A stretch of 64,000 bases of DNA from an uncultured Candidatus Binatia bacterium (lineage in GTDB: Bacteria > Desulfobacterota > Binatia > UBA9968 > JAJDTQ01). Where the stretch lies: contig OZ243916.1 in assembly GCA_965213675.1 (NCBI GenBank), positions 1,088,001 through 1,152,000 on the forward strand, read 5' to 3'. A program made the translations under genes and the position numbers. The notes beneath the pieces are model-generated. The model worked only from the letters and a program-made list of their open reading frames with translations. It was not told the DNA's origin and did no database searches. Of the stretch, positions 55,978 to 64,000 are shown piece by piece; the stretch's first letter is position 1; the number at the start of each line of letters is the position of its first letter.

Positions 55978-57768
55978 ATGGACGCCATCAAGCTCGAGGT
56001 CATCTACAACGCCACCAACCAGATCGCGTACGAGCTGACCCAGAAGCTCATGCGCAACGGCTACTCGTCCATCGTGAAGGAGAGCCAGGACCTGGCCCTG
56101 AGCATCTGCGACCGCGACGGGCGCAATGTCGGCCAATATTCGCCCAACCCCGTGGGACTTGGAGTCGTCGGGTCCCAGCTCCACGGGATCCTCCAGGACT
56201 TCGCCGGGGCCATCGGCGAGGGCGACGCCTTCATCCTGAACCATCCCTACCGCTACTGCCAGAATCACCCCAGCGACGTCACGCTGATCTCGCCGGTGTT
56301 CTACCGGGGCGAGATCGTGGCCTTCGTGGGCAACACCGCCCACAAGCCCGACATCGGCGGCAAGGTGCCGGGCACCAACGCGGGCGACGCCACCGAGGTG
56401 TTCCAGGAAGGGCTGCTGATACCGCCCGTCAAGCTCTACGAGGGCGGTGTCCTCAACGAGGCGGTGAAGCAGCTCATCTGCGCCAACACCCGCATTCCGG
56501 AAGTCACCTGGGGCGACATCCGCGCCCAGGTCACCGCCAACCTCCACGGCATCGAACGGCTCGCCGCGCTGGCGGACCGCTTCGGCGTGGACGACGTGCT
56601 CGCCTGCTGGGAGGAGCGCATCGCCATCACCGAGCGGGAGCTGCGCGCGCGCATCGCCGCCATGCCGCCGGGAACCTACGGCCCGGTCACCGACTACATC
56701 GACGACGACGGCGTGGAACTGGACCAGCCCTTGGCGGTCACGGCAACCCTGCACGTGCGCGGCGACGAGCTGGAGTTCGAGCTCGCCTCCGCCAGACAGT
56801 CCCGCGGCCCCCTGAACCTGCGCCCCTGCGTGGTGCGGGCGGTGGCGGAGTACTGCGTGCAGGCCGCCATCGGCCCGGACCTGCCCAAGAACCAGGGCTG
56901 CTCCGCGCCCATCCGCATCACCCTGCCGCCCCCCGGACACCTGCTCAACCCGGAGTTCCCGGCCCCGGTGAACATGTACGCCACCACCTGCCACCGGCTC
57001 GCGCCGGTGCTCATGATGACGCTGGCCCAAGCCCTGCCCGACCGTGTGGCCGCGCCCCAGAGCAGCTCCGGCGGCGCGGTGTCCTTCAACGGCGTGGAGC
57101 CGGGCGGCAAACGGCGCTATTCGCAGTACGAGATCCTGTGGGGCGGCTACGGCGCCCGCCCGGGCAAGGACGGCGTCAGCGGCTGCGCCGCGGACATCAG
57201 CAACGTCATGAGCACGCCGGTGGAGGCGCTGGAGAACGAGTTCCCGGTGCGCCTGCAATGCTTTGAGGTCAACCCCGACTCGGCCGGCGCGGGGAAGTAC
57301 CGGGGCGGGCTGGGCATCCGGCGCGCCTGGCAGGTGCTGAACGACGACGTCACCCTGAACCTGCGCCTGGACCGTTTCAAGTTCTCATCGCCGGGCCTGT
57401 TCGGCGCGCGCCCCAGCGCGCTCGCGCGCTGCACACTCAAGCCCGGCGCCGGCCCCGCTTTCGCTCGGGAGCTTCACTCCAAGGCCGCCAACGTCCGCCT
57501 GTACAGCGGCGACACCCTGCTGCTGGAACTGGGCGGCGGAGGCGGCTGGGGCGATCCCCTGGAGCGCGACCCCGAGCGCGTGCTCGACGACGTACGCGAC
57601 GGCTACGTGTCGGCAGAGGTGGCGCGGGAGGTGTACGGCGTGGTCATCGACCCCAAAACCATGACCCTCGACACGACAGCGACGGAGCAAGTACGGGCCG
57701 GCGCCCGCAGGTTCGAGGAGTTCCAGCGCGACTACGGCGCGTACTTTCGTCGACCGAAGACAACATGA
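55978..57768 (+). CDS. Hydantoinase B/5-oxoprolinase beta subunit
   Basis: NHPY..HPSD, AHKPDIGG, FQEG, PVEALE, GAGKYRGG, GGGGWGDP. Confidence 0.94.
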   Translation: MDAIKLEVIYNATNQIAYELTQKLMRNGYSSIVKESQDLALSICDRDGRNVGQYSPNPVGLGVVGSQLHGILQDFAGAIGEGDAFILNHPYRYCQNHPSDVTLISPVFYRGEIVAFVGNTAHKPDIGGKVPGTNAGDATEVFQEGLLIPPVKLYEGGVLNEAVKQLICANTRIPEVTWGDIRAQVTANLHGIERLAALADRFGVDDVLACWEERIAITERELRARIAAMPPGTYGPVTDYIDDDGVELDQPLAVTATLHVRGDELEFELASARQSRGPLNLRPCVVRAVAEYCVQAAIGPDLPKNQGCSAPIRITLPPPGHLLNPEFPAPVNMYATTCHRLAPVLMMTLAQALPDRVAAPQSSSGGAVSFNGVEPGGKRRYSQYEILWGGYGARPGKDGVSGCAADISNVMSTPVEALENEFPVRLQCFEVNPDSAGAGKYRGGLGIRRAWQVLNDDVTLNLRLDRFKFSSPGLFGARPSALARCTLKPGAGPAFARELHSKAANVRLYSGDTLLLELGGGGGWGDPLERDPERVLDDVRDGYVSAEVAREVYGVVIDPKTMTLDTTATEQVRAGARRFEEFQRDYGAYFRRPKTT

Positions 57769-58053
57769 GAAAACCCATCGACGCCGGAATGACCCTGAAC
57801 AGGTTCAGCGCTACCCTGGCCAGGAGCCTGTCCGTGTGGTCGGGACTGTGTCGCGAGGCATGGAAACCGTGTCGGGGCGACCCTCGGTCGCCCTTGGGAC
57901 GGGGCACCGGGACGGACGCCCCGGCAACGGTGTTCCGCTACCGGCGACCGCCGGTCGCCCCCGCACCAGGCAACCACCCACGGCATCGGCGAAGAACGTA
58001 CCGGCACGGGGACCGCGGGACGCCCCCGCGAGGACTGGCTTGTAGAGGCCATC

Positions 58054-60078
58054 ATGTTGCGCATCGGCATTGACACCGGCGGCACCTTCACCGACCTCAG
58101 TGTGTTCGACGAGGATGACGGGCGGGTGTGCCTCACTCACAAGCTGCCGTCGCGGCCCCACGACCCCACCGCCGCCATCGCCGACGGGTTGCGCGAAATC
58201 GCCGCGCGGCTGCCGCAGAAGGCCCGCTACGTGCTCCACGGCACGACCATCGGACTGAACACGCTGCTGGAAGGACGCGAACCCGCGCCGGGATTGATGG
58301 TCACCGAAGGGTTCCGGGACATCCTGGAGCTGGACCGCCAATGGCGCGGCGCCGAGGTGTACAACCTGTTCTTCGACCGCCCGCGGCAGCTCGTGCCCCG
58401 GCGTCTGATCCGGCCCGTGCGGGAGCGGGTGGATTCCAGAGGACGGATCGTGGTTCCGCTGGACGCCGAACAGGCCCGCGCCGCGGTGCAGGAGTTGTTG
58501 CAGGCGGGGGTGCGCTCGATTGCCGTGAGCCTGCTCTTTTCCTTCGCCAATCCGGAGCATGAACGGCGGCTCCGGGCAATTCTGGAAGAGCTGGCCCCGG
58601 ACCTTTACGTGACGCTGTCGTCGGACGTGGACCCGCAGTTCCGCGAGTTCGAGCGCACCAGCACCGCGGTGGTCAACGCGTTCATCGGCCCGCGGGTGGC
58701 GGGGTACGTGGGCGCCATCGAAGCCGCCATCGAGGAATCGCTGCCCGGCGCCCGCGTGCTGATCATGCAGTCCAATGGCGGCGTGGCCACGCCCGCGCTC
58801 ATCGCCATGGCGCCGGTGCAGACGCTCCTGTCGGGTCCGGTGGCGGGGGTGGTGGGAACCCGGCGGTTGTGCCGGGAACTCGGCCGCGACAACGCCATTT
58901 CCCTGGACGTGGGCGGCACGAGCTGCGACATGTCCGTGATCCCGGGCGAGCTGCTGACCGCGCCCCAAAGCAAGGTGGCGGGCTACACCGTGCGCGCGGC
59001 CACCGTGGACATCGAAACCATCGGCAGCGGCGGCGGCAGCATCGCGCGGGTGGAGTCCGGCCGGCTCCTCAAGGTCGGACCGCAGAGCGCCGGCGCCGTG
59101 CCCGGCCCCGCCTGTTACGGGACAGGCGACCAACCCACTCTCACCGACGCCCTGGTGGTGCTGGGCCACCTGAACCGCGAAGCGCTCCTGCAAGGCGCCA
59201 TGCCCATCGACGCGGCGGCCGCGCGCCGAGCCATCGACGGAAACATCGCCACCCCCCTGGGAATGACCCCCGAACGGGCCGCCGCGGGCATCGTCGAAGT
59301 GCTCGCCGCCCAGGTGGCCATGTCCATGCGCTCGGTCACCATCGAGAAGGGCTACGACCCACGGGAGTTCATCCTCGTGGCGTATGGCGGCGCCGGGCCC
59401 ACGGTGGCCTGTCCCATCGCCCGGGAGCTAGAGATCCCCGAAATCTGCATCCCGCCGGATCCGGGGAACTTCTGCGCCACCGGCATGCTGCTCACCGACC
59501 TGATTCGAAGCCATTCCCTCACCCGCATCGGCCCCCTGGACGAGACCCCGGAGAGCGCCATCCGCGAGGCGCTGGAGGAACTCCGCGACAGGGGCGTCCG
59601 GGAACTTGAGGAGCAAGGCGTGAGTCCAGACCGCATCGAAACCGAGCACTTCCTCGACATGCGCTATCCCGGGCAATCCTATGAAGTCACGGTGCCGGCG
59701 ACGGAAACCCGCAAGGAGGACCTCACCCGGCTCTTCCACGAGGCCCACGGACGGCTGTACGGCCACACCGCGGACGAAGAGTCCCTGGAGATCGTCACCT
59801 ACCGCGCGCGTTGCACCGGACGCCTGCCCAAGATGACCTTCGCCGCCACATCCTCGGCCAACAGCGCGGCGCAGTCCGAGAGGCGACGATCCGCGCTGTT
59901 CCCCGGCGCTGACGCTCCGTTGGAGGCGCCCGTCTACCGCCGGGCCGACCTCGTCCCCGGCTTCCGCATCCCCGGCCCGGCCATCGTCGAGGAGTACACC
60001 TCCACCACCGTCGTCTACCCCTCCTTCGAGCTGGCCGTGGACGGCCGCGGGAATCTCAGGCTGCAGAGCGCCGCGTAG
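58054..60078 (+). CDS. Hydantoinase A/5-oxoprolinase ATP-binding subunit
   Basis: IDTGGTFTD, HGTT, SGPVAG, DVGGTS, GPQSAGAVPGP, GGAG. Confidence 0.95.
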   Translation: MLRIGIDTGGTFTDLSVFDEDDGRVCLTHKLPSRPHDPTAAIADGLREIAARLPQKARYVLHGTTIGLNTLLEGREPAPGLMVTEGFRDILELDRQWRGAEVYNLFFDRPRQLVPRRLIRPVRERVDSRGRIVVPLDAEQARAAVQELLQAGVRSIAVSLLFSFANPEHERRLRAILEELAPDLYVTLSSDVDPQFREFERTSTAVVNAFIGPRVAGYVGAIEAAIEESLPGARVLIMQSNGGVATPALIAMAPVQTLLSGPVAGVVGTRRLCRELGRDNAISLDVGGTSCDMSVIPGELLTAPQSKVAGYTVRAATVDIETIGSGGGSIARVESGRLLKVGPQSAGAVPGPACYGTGDQPTLTDALVVLGHLNREALLQGAMPIDAAAARRAIDGNIATPLGMTPERAAAGIVEVLAAQVAMSMRSVTIEKGYDPREFILVAYGGAGPTVACPIARELEIPEICIPPDPGNFCATGMLLTDLIRSHSLTRIGPLDETPESAIREALEELRDRGVRELEEQGVSPDRIETEHFLDMRYPGQSYEVTVPATETRKEDLTRLFHEAHGRLYGHTADEESLEIVTYRARCTGRLPKMTFAATSSANSAAQSERRRSALFPGADAPLEAPVYRRADLVPGFRIPGPAIVEEYTSTTVVYPSFELAVDGRGNLRLQSAA

Positions 60079-60090
60079 ACAGCGTCAACG

Positions 60091-60345
60091 TCAATAGTGA
60101 TAGCGGCACTGGGCGATCATCACCGACTCGCTTTCCACCTTGTAGACGAGCCGGTGTTCATCGTTGATGCGGCGCGACCAGTAGCCGGCCAGGCCATGCT
60201 TCAGGGGTTCGGGTTTGCCGATGCCTTCAAACGGTGAGCGGAGGATCTCCCGGATCAGCAGGTTGACCCGGTTGAGCAGCTTTCGGTCCGTCTTCTGCCA
60301 GTGGAGGTAGTCGTCCCACGCTTCCTGGGAGAATACCAACCTCAC
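60091..60345 (-). CDS. yoeB: Txe/YoeB toxin
   Basis: AWDDYLHWQ, GIGKPEPLKH, WSRRINDEHRLVY, terminal RYHY. Confidence 0.96.
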   Translation of the reverse strand: MRLVFSQEAWDDYLHWQKTDRKLLNRVNLLIREILRSPFEGIGKPEPLKHGLAGYWSRRINDEHRLVYKVESESVMIAQCRYHY

Positions 60346-60593
60346 TCGATGAGTTCTCTCGCCGTGCCTCCACCGGATTCGAGCTCGGCGATGGACTTCA
60401 GAAGACGACGCGCGTTTCTCGGGCCGTGGAGAAGGTAGGCGGTTTCCTCCAACGCATGATAGTCCTCCAGGGACATCATCACCACGGATCGGTTGTTCTT
60501 TCGAGTGATAACCACCGGCGCATGGTCGTCGCAGACCTTCTCCATGGTCTTGGCGAGCCGTGCCCTGGCGTCAGAGTATGCGATCGTATCCAT
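60342..60593 (-). CDS. yefM: Phd/YefM antitoxin
   Basis: YSDARARLAKTMEKVCDDHAPVVITR, LEETAYLL. Confidence 0.95.
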   Translation of the reverse strand: MDTIAYSDARARLAKTMEKVCDDHAPVVITRKNNRSVVMMSLEDYHALEETAYLLHGPRNARRLLKSIAELESGGGTARELIE

Positions 60594-60609
60594 GGCGTCC
60601 CTTGAGTGA

Positions 60610-60638
60610 ATTGTACAACCACCACATGCCGGTCGCAA
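60610..60638 (-). promoter_or_regulatory. yefM-yoeB promoter with TGTACA operator over the -10 box
   Basis: TTGCGA-N17-TACAAT; TTGTACAA palindrome at 60611-60618. Confidence 0.72.
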
Positions 60639-60671
60639 GCAAGGGCGGCAGACCACGCAGGTGCCCCGGCA

Positions 60672-61229
60672 TCAGTCGAACTGGATCATGTCAAGCCGGG
60701 TGAACTTCATGCGGTCGGCGGCGCCGGCGGGGATGACGGTGAGCTGGTGGATGGCGTACTCGTGCTCGTAGGTACTCTTGGCGTTGACGCCGTCCAGCGG
60801 GATGATGACGTTGTAGCGGTGAACGCGCGCGGCGGCGGTGGCGGTGTAGAGCACGGCGACGTTGGTGAGGGAGCCGGTCACGATGAGGTTCTCGGCGCCG
60901 GCGCCGCTGAGGATCGCCTGGAGCTCGCCGCCGGCGAACTTGTCGAAGGCGTCGGGATATAGCACGGGCTCGGTTTCCCGGCGCTTGAGGGGCGCCGCCG
61001 CCTCGCCCAGGGGCGTGCCCCTGAATTGCAACGAAATGGTGAACACCACCGGGACGGCGGCCCCCCGGACCCGCTCCAGGAACCCGCCCAGGGGCTCCAT
61101 CAACCGCGAGCAGACATCCTCCGGGTCATGGCACCGGGCGTTCAGGTCGAGCACCACCACGGCGGTCCTGGCCGCGTCGAGCGAGACGGGCTTCGGTTCG
61201 GGCCGGTTCGGGCCGGTGATTTCGGTCAT
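60672..61229 (-). CDS. Isochorismatase-like hydrolase family protein
   Basis: TAVVVLD, LIVTGSLTNVAVLYTA, YNVIIPLD. Confidence 0.85.
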   Translation of the reverse strand: MTEITGPNRPEPKPVSLDAARTAVVVLDLNARCHDPEDVCSRLMEPLGGFLERVRGAAVPVVFTISLQFRGTPLGEAAAPLKRRETEPVLYPDAFDKFAGGELQAILSGAGAENLIVTGSLTNVAVLYTATAAARVHRYNVIIPLDGVNAKSTYEHEYAIHQLTVIPAGAADRMKFTRLDMIQFD

Positions 61230-61286
61230 GGGTTTCCTTTCCTCGATTCGTGTGACGCCCTCTACTCCCCTACCCCTCTGTCCCGG

Positions 61287-63119
61287 CTAATCCGCGACCC
61301 GGCGTTGGCGCAGCCGCTCACGCAACCCGTGGGTCGCGGCATCGTCTACCTTCAAGGTCCCCTCTTCCATCACCACGCCGTAGATCTCCTCGGCAACGCC
61401 CGTGGACACCCGCTCGTTCAGCACGCTCTCCGCCACCGCCTCCGAGGCCCGGTCCAACGGGTCGCCGTAGCCACCGCCGCTGCCCAGCCGCAGGTAGAGC
61501 ACGTCGTTCTGGCCGATCTCGAACTCGCAGTAAGGCAAAAGCCGCATCTCCCCCTCCAGCGCAGAGAGGTCGTCGACAGGGCGTTGGGCGGCCAGCAGCT
61601 CGTTCACCCGCGTCCCTTCGAGCAGCACCAGCAGGCTGGGAGCGCCCGGGTAGCCGCCGAACAAGCCCACGCCGGAGTTCCTCAGGCCGGCGACACCGAA
61701 GGCGACGCCGCGGATCTTCTCCTCCGGCGCATCGTGGAGCTTGACGGTGGCCTCCACGCCCACGCCGCCGGCGAACCGCCCGGCGCCGCCGCCGTCCTTG
61801 AGGTGGCGCCGGAACAGGTACATGAGCGGGAAGTTCAGCTCGAGCCACTCGACGTTGTGACAGGTGAGGTAGCCGCCGGAATCGATGCCGTCGCCGTGGG
61901 GGCTGGCGCCGGAGCCGCTCAATTCCAGCAGTGTGGAGACGTAGAAGCGGCCGTACTGGTTGACGCCGGCATGGCGCACCACCCGGAACCCCAGGGTGAG
62001 CGCGGTGATCTCGTCCTTCCAGGTCTCGCTGCCGGCCAGCATCTGCGCCAGCACCGACGCGGATACGTAGGAGACGGTCTTGAGCCCCGAGGTGGTGTTC
62101 ATGGAGACCGGCCCGGGATACTGCACGTTCACCACCGACCCCTCCGGCGCGATGACCTCGATGGGACCGAAGGCGCCGTAGTTCTTCGGGAGGTCGTAGC
62201 CCAGGGCGGTGAGCACCGCCTCGAAGACGCCGCCGAAGGTGGCGTGGTACGGCAGGTTGATGCCTTGGCGCGCCTGGGGATCGCTGCCGGTGAAGTCGAA
62301 AATCATGCGGTCGCCGCGCTTGCGCAGCTCGACGCACACGCGTTTCGTCTCGTTGGCCGCGATGGTGCCGGAGTCGCGCCAAGTGCCGTCGGGGACCTCC
62401 CTGAGGCGCTTCTCCAGAGTCTCCCGCGCGTACCGGATCATTTCCGCGGACACCGCGGTGATGAGTTCCGGCCCGTACTGATCGAACATCTCCTCCATGC
62501 GTGCGCGCGCCACGTTGTTGGCCGCCAGTTCGCACTTCAAGTCAAGCCCCACCAGCACCGGCTGCCGGGTCATGTTGGTGAGGGTGTCGAACACGTCCTG
62601 GCGCATCCGTCCCCGCTCCACCAGCTTGAGGCCCGGAATGCGAAGCCCCTCGTGGCAGATCTCGGTGGCGCCGGGGGAGTTGCCGCCCGGCGACATCGCG
62701 CCGATGTCCATGACATGGACGAAGGTGGCGCTCCACGCCATCAGCCGCTCCCGGTAATGGATGGGAGCGATCATGTAGATGTCGGACTGGTGGATGGCGG
62801 CGATGTAGGGATCGTTCAGCAGGAACACGTCGCCTGGATGGATGCCGCCGTTGCCCTCGAAACGCTCGATGATGCGCTTCACCGCGAACCCCGCGCAGGC
62901 GGCGTGCCGGATCATCGACTCCCCCACCGACAACACGTCGCCGTTGGCCATGTAGAGGGACGCCATGTAGTCGTGCAGCTGCGTGGTATTGACCGTGCCG
63001 CCCACGCGCTCCAGCGTCGCGCCCATTTCCCGCGTGATCTCGTGCAGCCGGTGCGACAGGATCTCGAAGGTGACCGGGTCCACCTGTTTCGCCGTGGCGT
63101 CTGTGCCGTTGGTGTTCAT
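61287..63119 (-). CDS. Hydantoinase B/oxoprolinase beta subunit
   Basis: VDPVTFEI, LNDPY..HQSD, HVMDIG, HEG, GGAGRFAGG, GGGYGDP. Confidence 0.93.
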   Translation of the reverse strand: MNTNGTDATAKQVDPVTFEILSHRLHEITREMGATLERVGGTVNTTQLHDYMASLYMANGDVLSVGESMIRHAACAGFAVKRIIERFEGNGGIHPGDVFLLNDPYIAAIHQSDIYMIAPIHYRERLMAWSATFVHVMDIGAMSPGGNSPGATEICHEGLRIPGLKLVERGRMRQDVFDTLTNMTRQPVLVGLDLKCELAANNVARARMEEMFDQYGPELITAVSAEMIRYARETLEKRLREVPDGTWRDSGTIAANETKRVCVELRKRGDRMIFDFTGSDPQARQGINLPYHATFGGVFEAVLTALGYDLPKNYGAFGPIEVIAPEGSVVNVQYPGPVSMNTTSGLKTVSYVSASVLAQMLAGSETWKDEITALTLGFRVVRHAGVNQYGRFYVSTLLELSGSGASPHGDGIDSGGYLTCHNVEWLELNFPLMYLFRRHLKDGGGAGRFAGGVGVEATVKLHDAPEEKIRGVAFGVAGLRNSGVGLFGGYPGAPSLLVLLEGTRVNELLAAQRPVDDLSALEGEMRLLPYCEFEIGQNDVLYLRLGSGGGYGDPLDRASEAVAESVLNERVSTGVAEEIYGVVMEEGTLKVDDAATHGLRERLRQRRVAD

Positions 63120-63239
63120 GGTCGCCCGCTCTCCCAAGGACGCTCTGAGCGATGACCGCCCAACGGCACGGCTCCCCGCGGCTTCCCTTGCTCTTCGAGG
63201 GGCTCGGGACTGGCAACGCTCGGGACAAACGGTGCCGGG

Positions 63240-64000
63240 TCAACCATGCGCATTCTCCCCCACGAAGAGCCGGATGTTGCGGAACCCGTCGATCTCGGCG
63301 CGGTCCCGTGGGTTGACCACCACCGTGGTCACGGGGGTCTCGATGACCGCCGGACCCGACAACCCCATTCCCGGCCTCATGCGCTGAAAATCATAGATGG
63401 CGGTGGGCGCGAAGTCTCCAAGTTCCTCGAAGAAAACGCTTCGTTCCGGTTTCCGCGCGTGATCCGCGGACTCCCCCGCCACCGGTTCCTCCCGGATGCG
63501 CGGCTTGCTCAGCAAACCCACCGCGGTGACGCGAAAGGTCAGGATCTCCTTGCCTGCCTCGCGGTAGCCCGAGCCCTTGCCGTAGGCCTTCTCGTAGGCA
63601 TCGTCAAAGTCGGCGTAGAGCTTGTCCAGGTCGGCGTCCGTCAGGGGCCCGGCGCCGGCGGCCAAGGGCACGTTCAGCTCGTGCACCTGGTAGCGGTAGC
63701 GCATGTCGACGCTGCGGGTCAGCGCCATTTCCGACGGGGCGAAGCCGGCGGCGCCCAGATCCGCCTGCGCGCGACCCACCAACCCGGCGAAGTTCGCGTT
63801 GACCCGGCCGGACTCCGCCGGAACCTGAAGATGATCGGACTTTCCGTACTCGTGCACCACGTTGGAGCTGATGAGGCCGGTGGCGCCGTGCACCGACGCG
63901 GTCAGCGGAATCACCACCTGACGCACGCCGAGGTCGGCGGCGTAACGGCCGGCGTGCACAGGACCGGCGCCGCCGAAGGCGAACATCACGAACGAGCGCG
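63240..64000 (-). CDS. Hydantoinase A/oxoprolinase subunit, 3' part (starts beyond the window)
   Basis: AFGGAGPVH, DMRYRYQVHE, GPAVIE..TTVVV. Confidence 0.92.
   Translation of the reverse strand, partial: RSFVMFAFGGAGPVHAGRYAADLGVRQVVIPLTASVHGATGLISSNVVHEYGKSDHLQVPAESGRVNANFAGLVGRAQADLGAAGFAPSEMALTRSVDMRYRYQVHELNVPLAAGAGPLTDADLDKLYADFDDAYEKAYGKGSGYREAGKEILTFRVTAVGLLSKPRIREEPVAGESADHARKPERSVFFEELGDFAPTAIYDFQRMRPGMGLSGPAVIETPVTTVVVNPRDRAEIDGFRNIRLFVGENAHG

Noticed and set aside
57765-58073. 102-aa ORF between hydantoinase B and A
   Set aside because: Spans REP palindromes and has no recognisable protein features
60091-60638. Prophage or integrative element marked by the TA module
   Set aside because: No integrase, att-like repeats or phage genes nearby

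Overview
GC-rich bacterial chromosomal segment made up mostly of paralog-rich catabolic and transport genes. These include 3 UbiD decarboxylases, 2 heme-oxygenase-like diiron (PqqC/CADD-type) proteins, 3 gentisate-dioxygenase-like bicupins, 2 OphC-like proteins, 2 DHDPS/NahE-type aldolases, 4 amidohydrolases, 2 hydantoinase/oxoprolinase pairs, an orphan CoxL-like subunit, and Liv-type ABC and tripartite tricarboxylate transporters. Also present are mutY, a sigma54-type pspF-pspABC locus, yefM-yoeB, and a 1875-aa lectin/Calx-beta autotransporter preceded by an 8-bp tandem repeat and followed by a membrane LytTR protein. The gene content resembles host-associated (e.g. sponge-symbiont) deltaproteobacteria-like lineages; this is inference only. 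The most unusual signal is intergenic: several families of 50-165 bp long-hairpin elements with no transposase in the window. One family shows compensatory stem changes around a conserved core, and another leaves GAGCCTG half-sites fused to TAG stop codons. No rRNA, tRNA, CRISPR array or intact IS was seen. Product calls come from motif recognition, not database searches.
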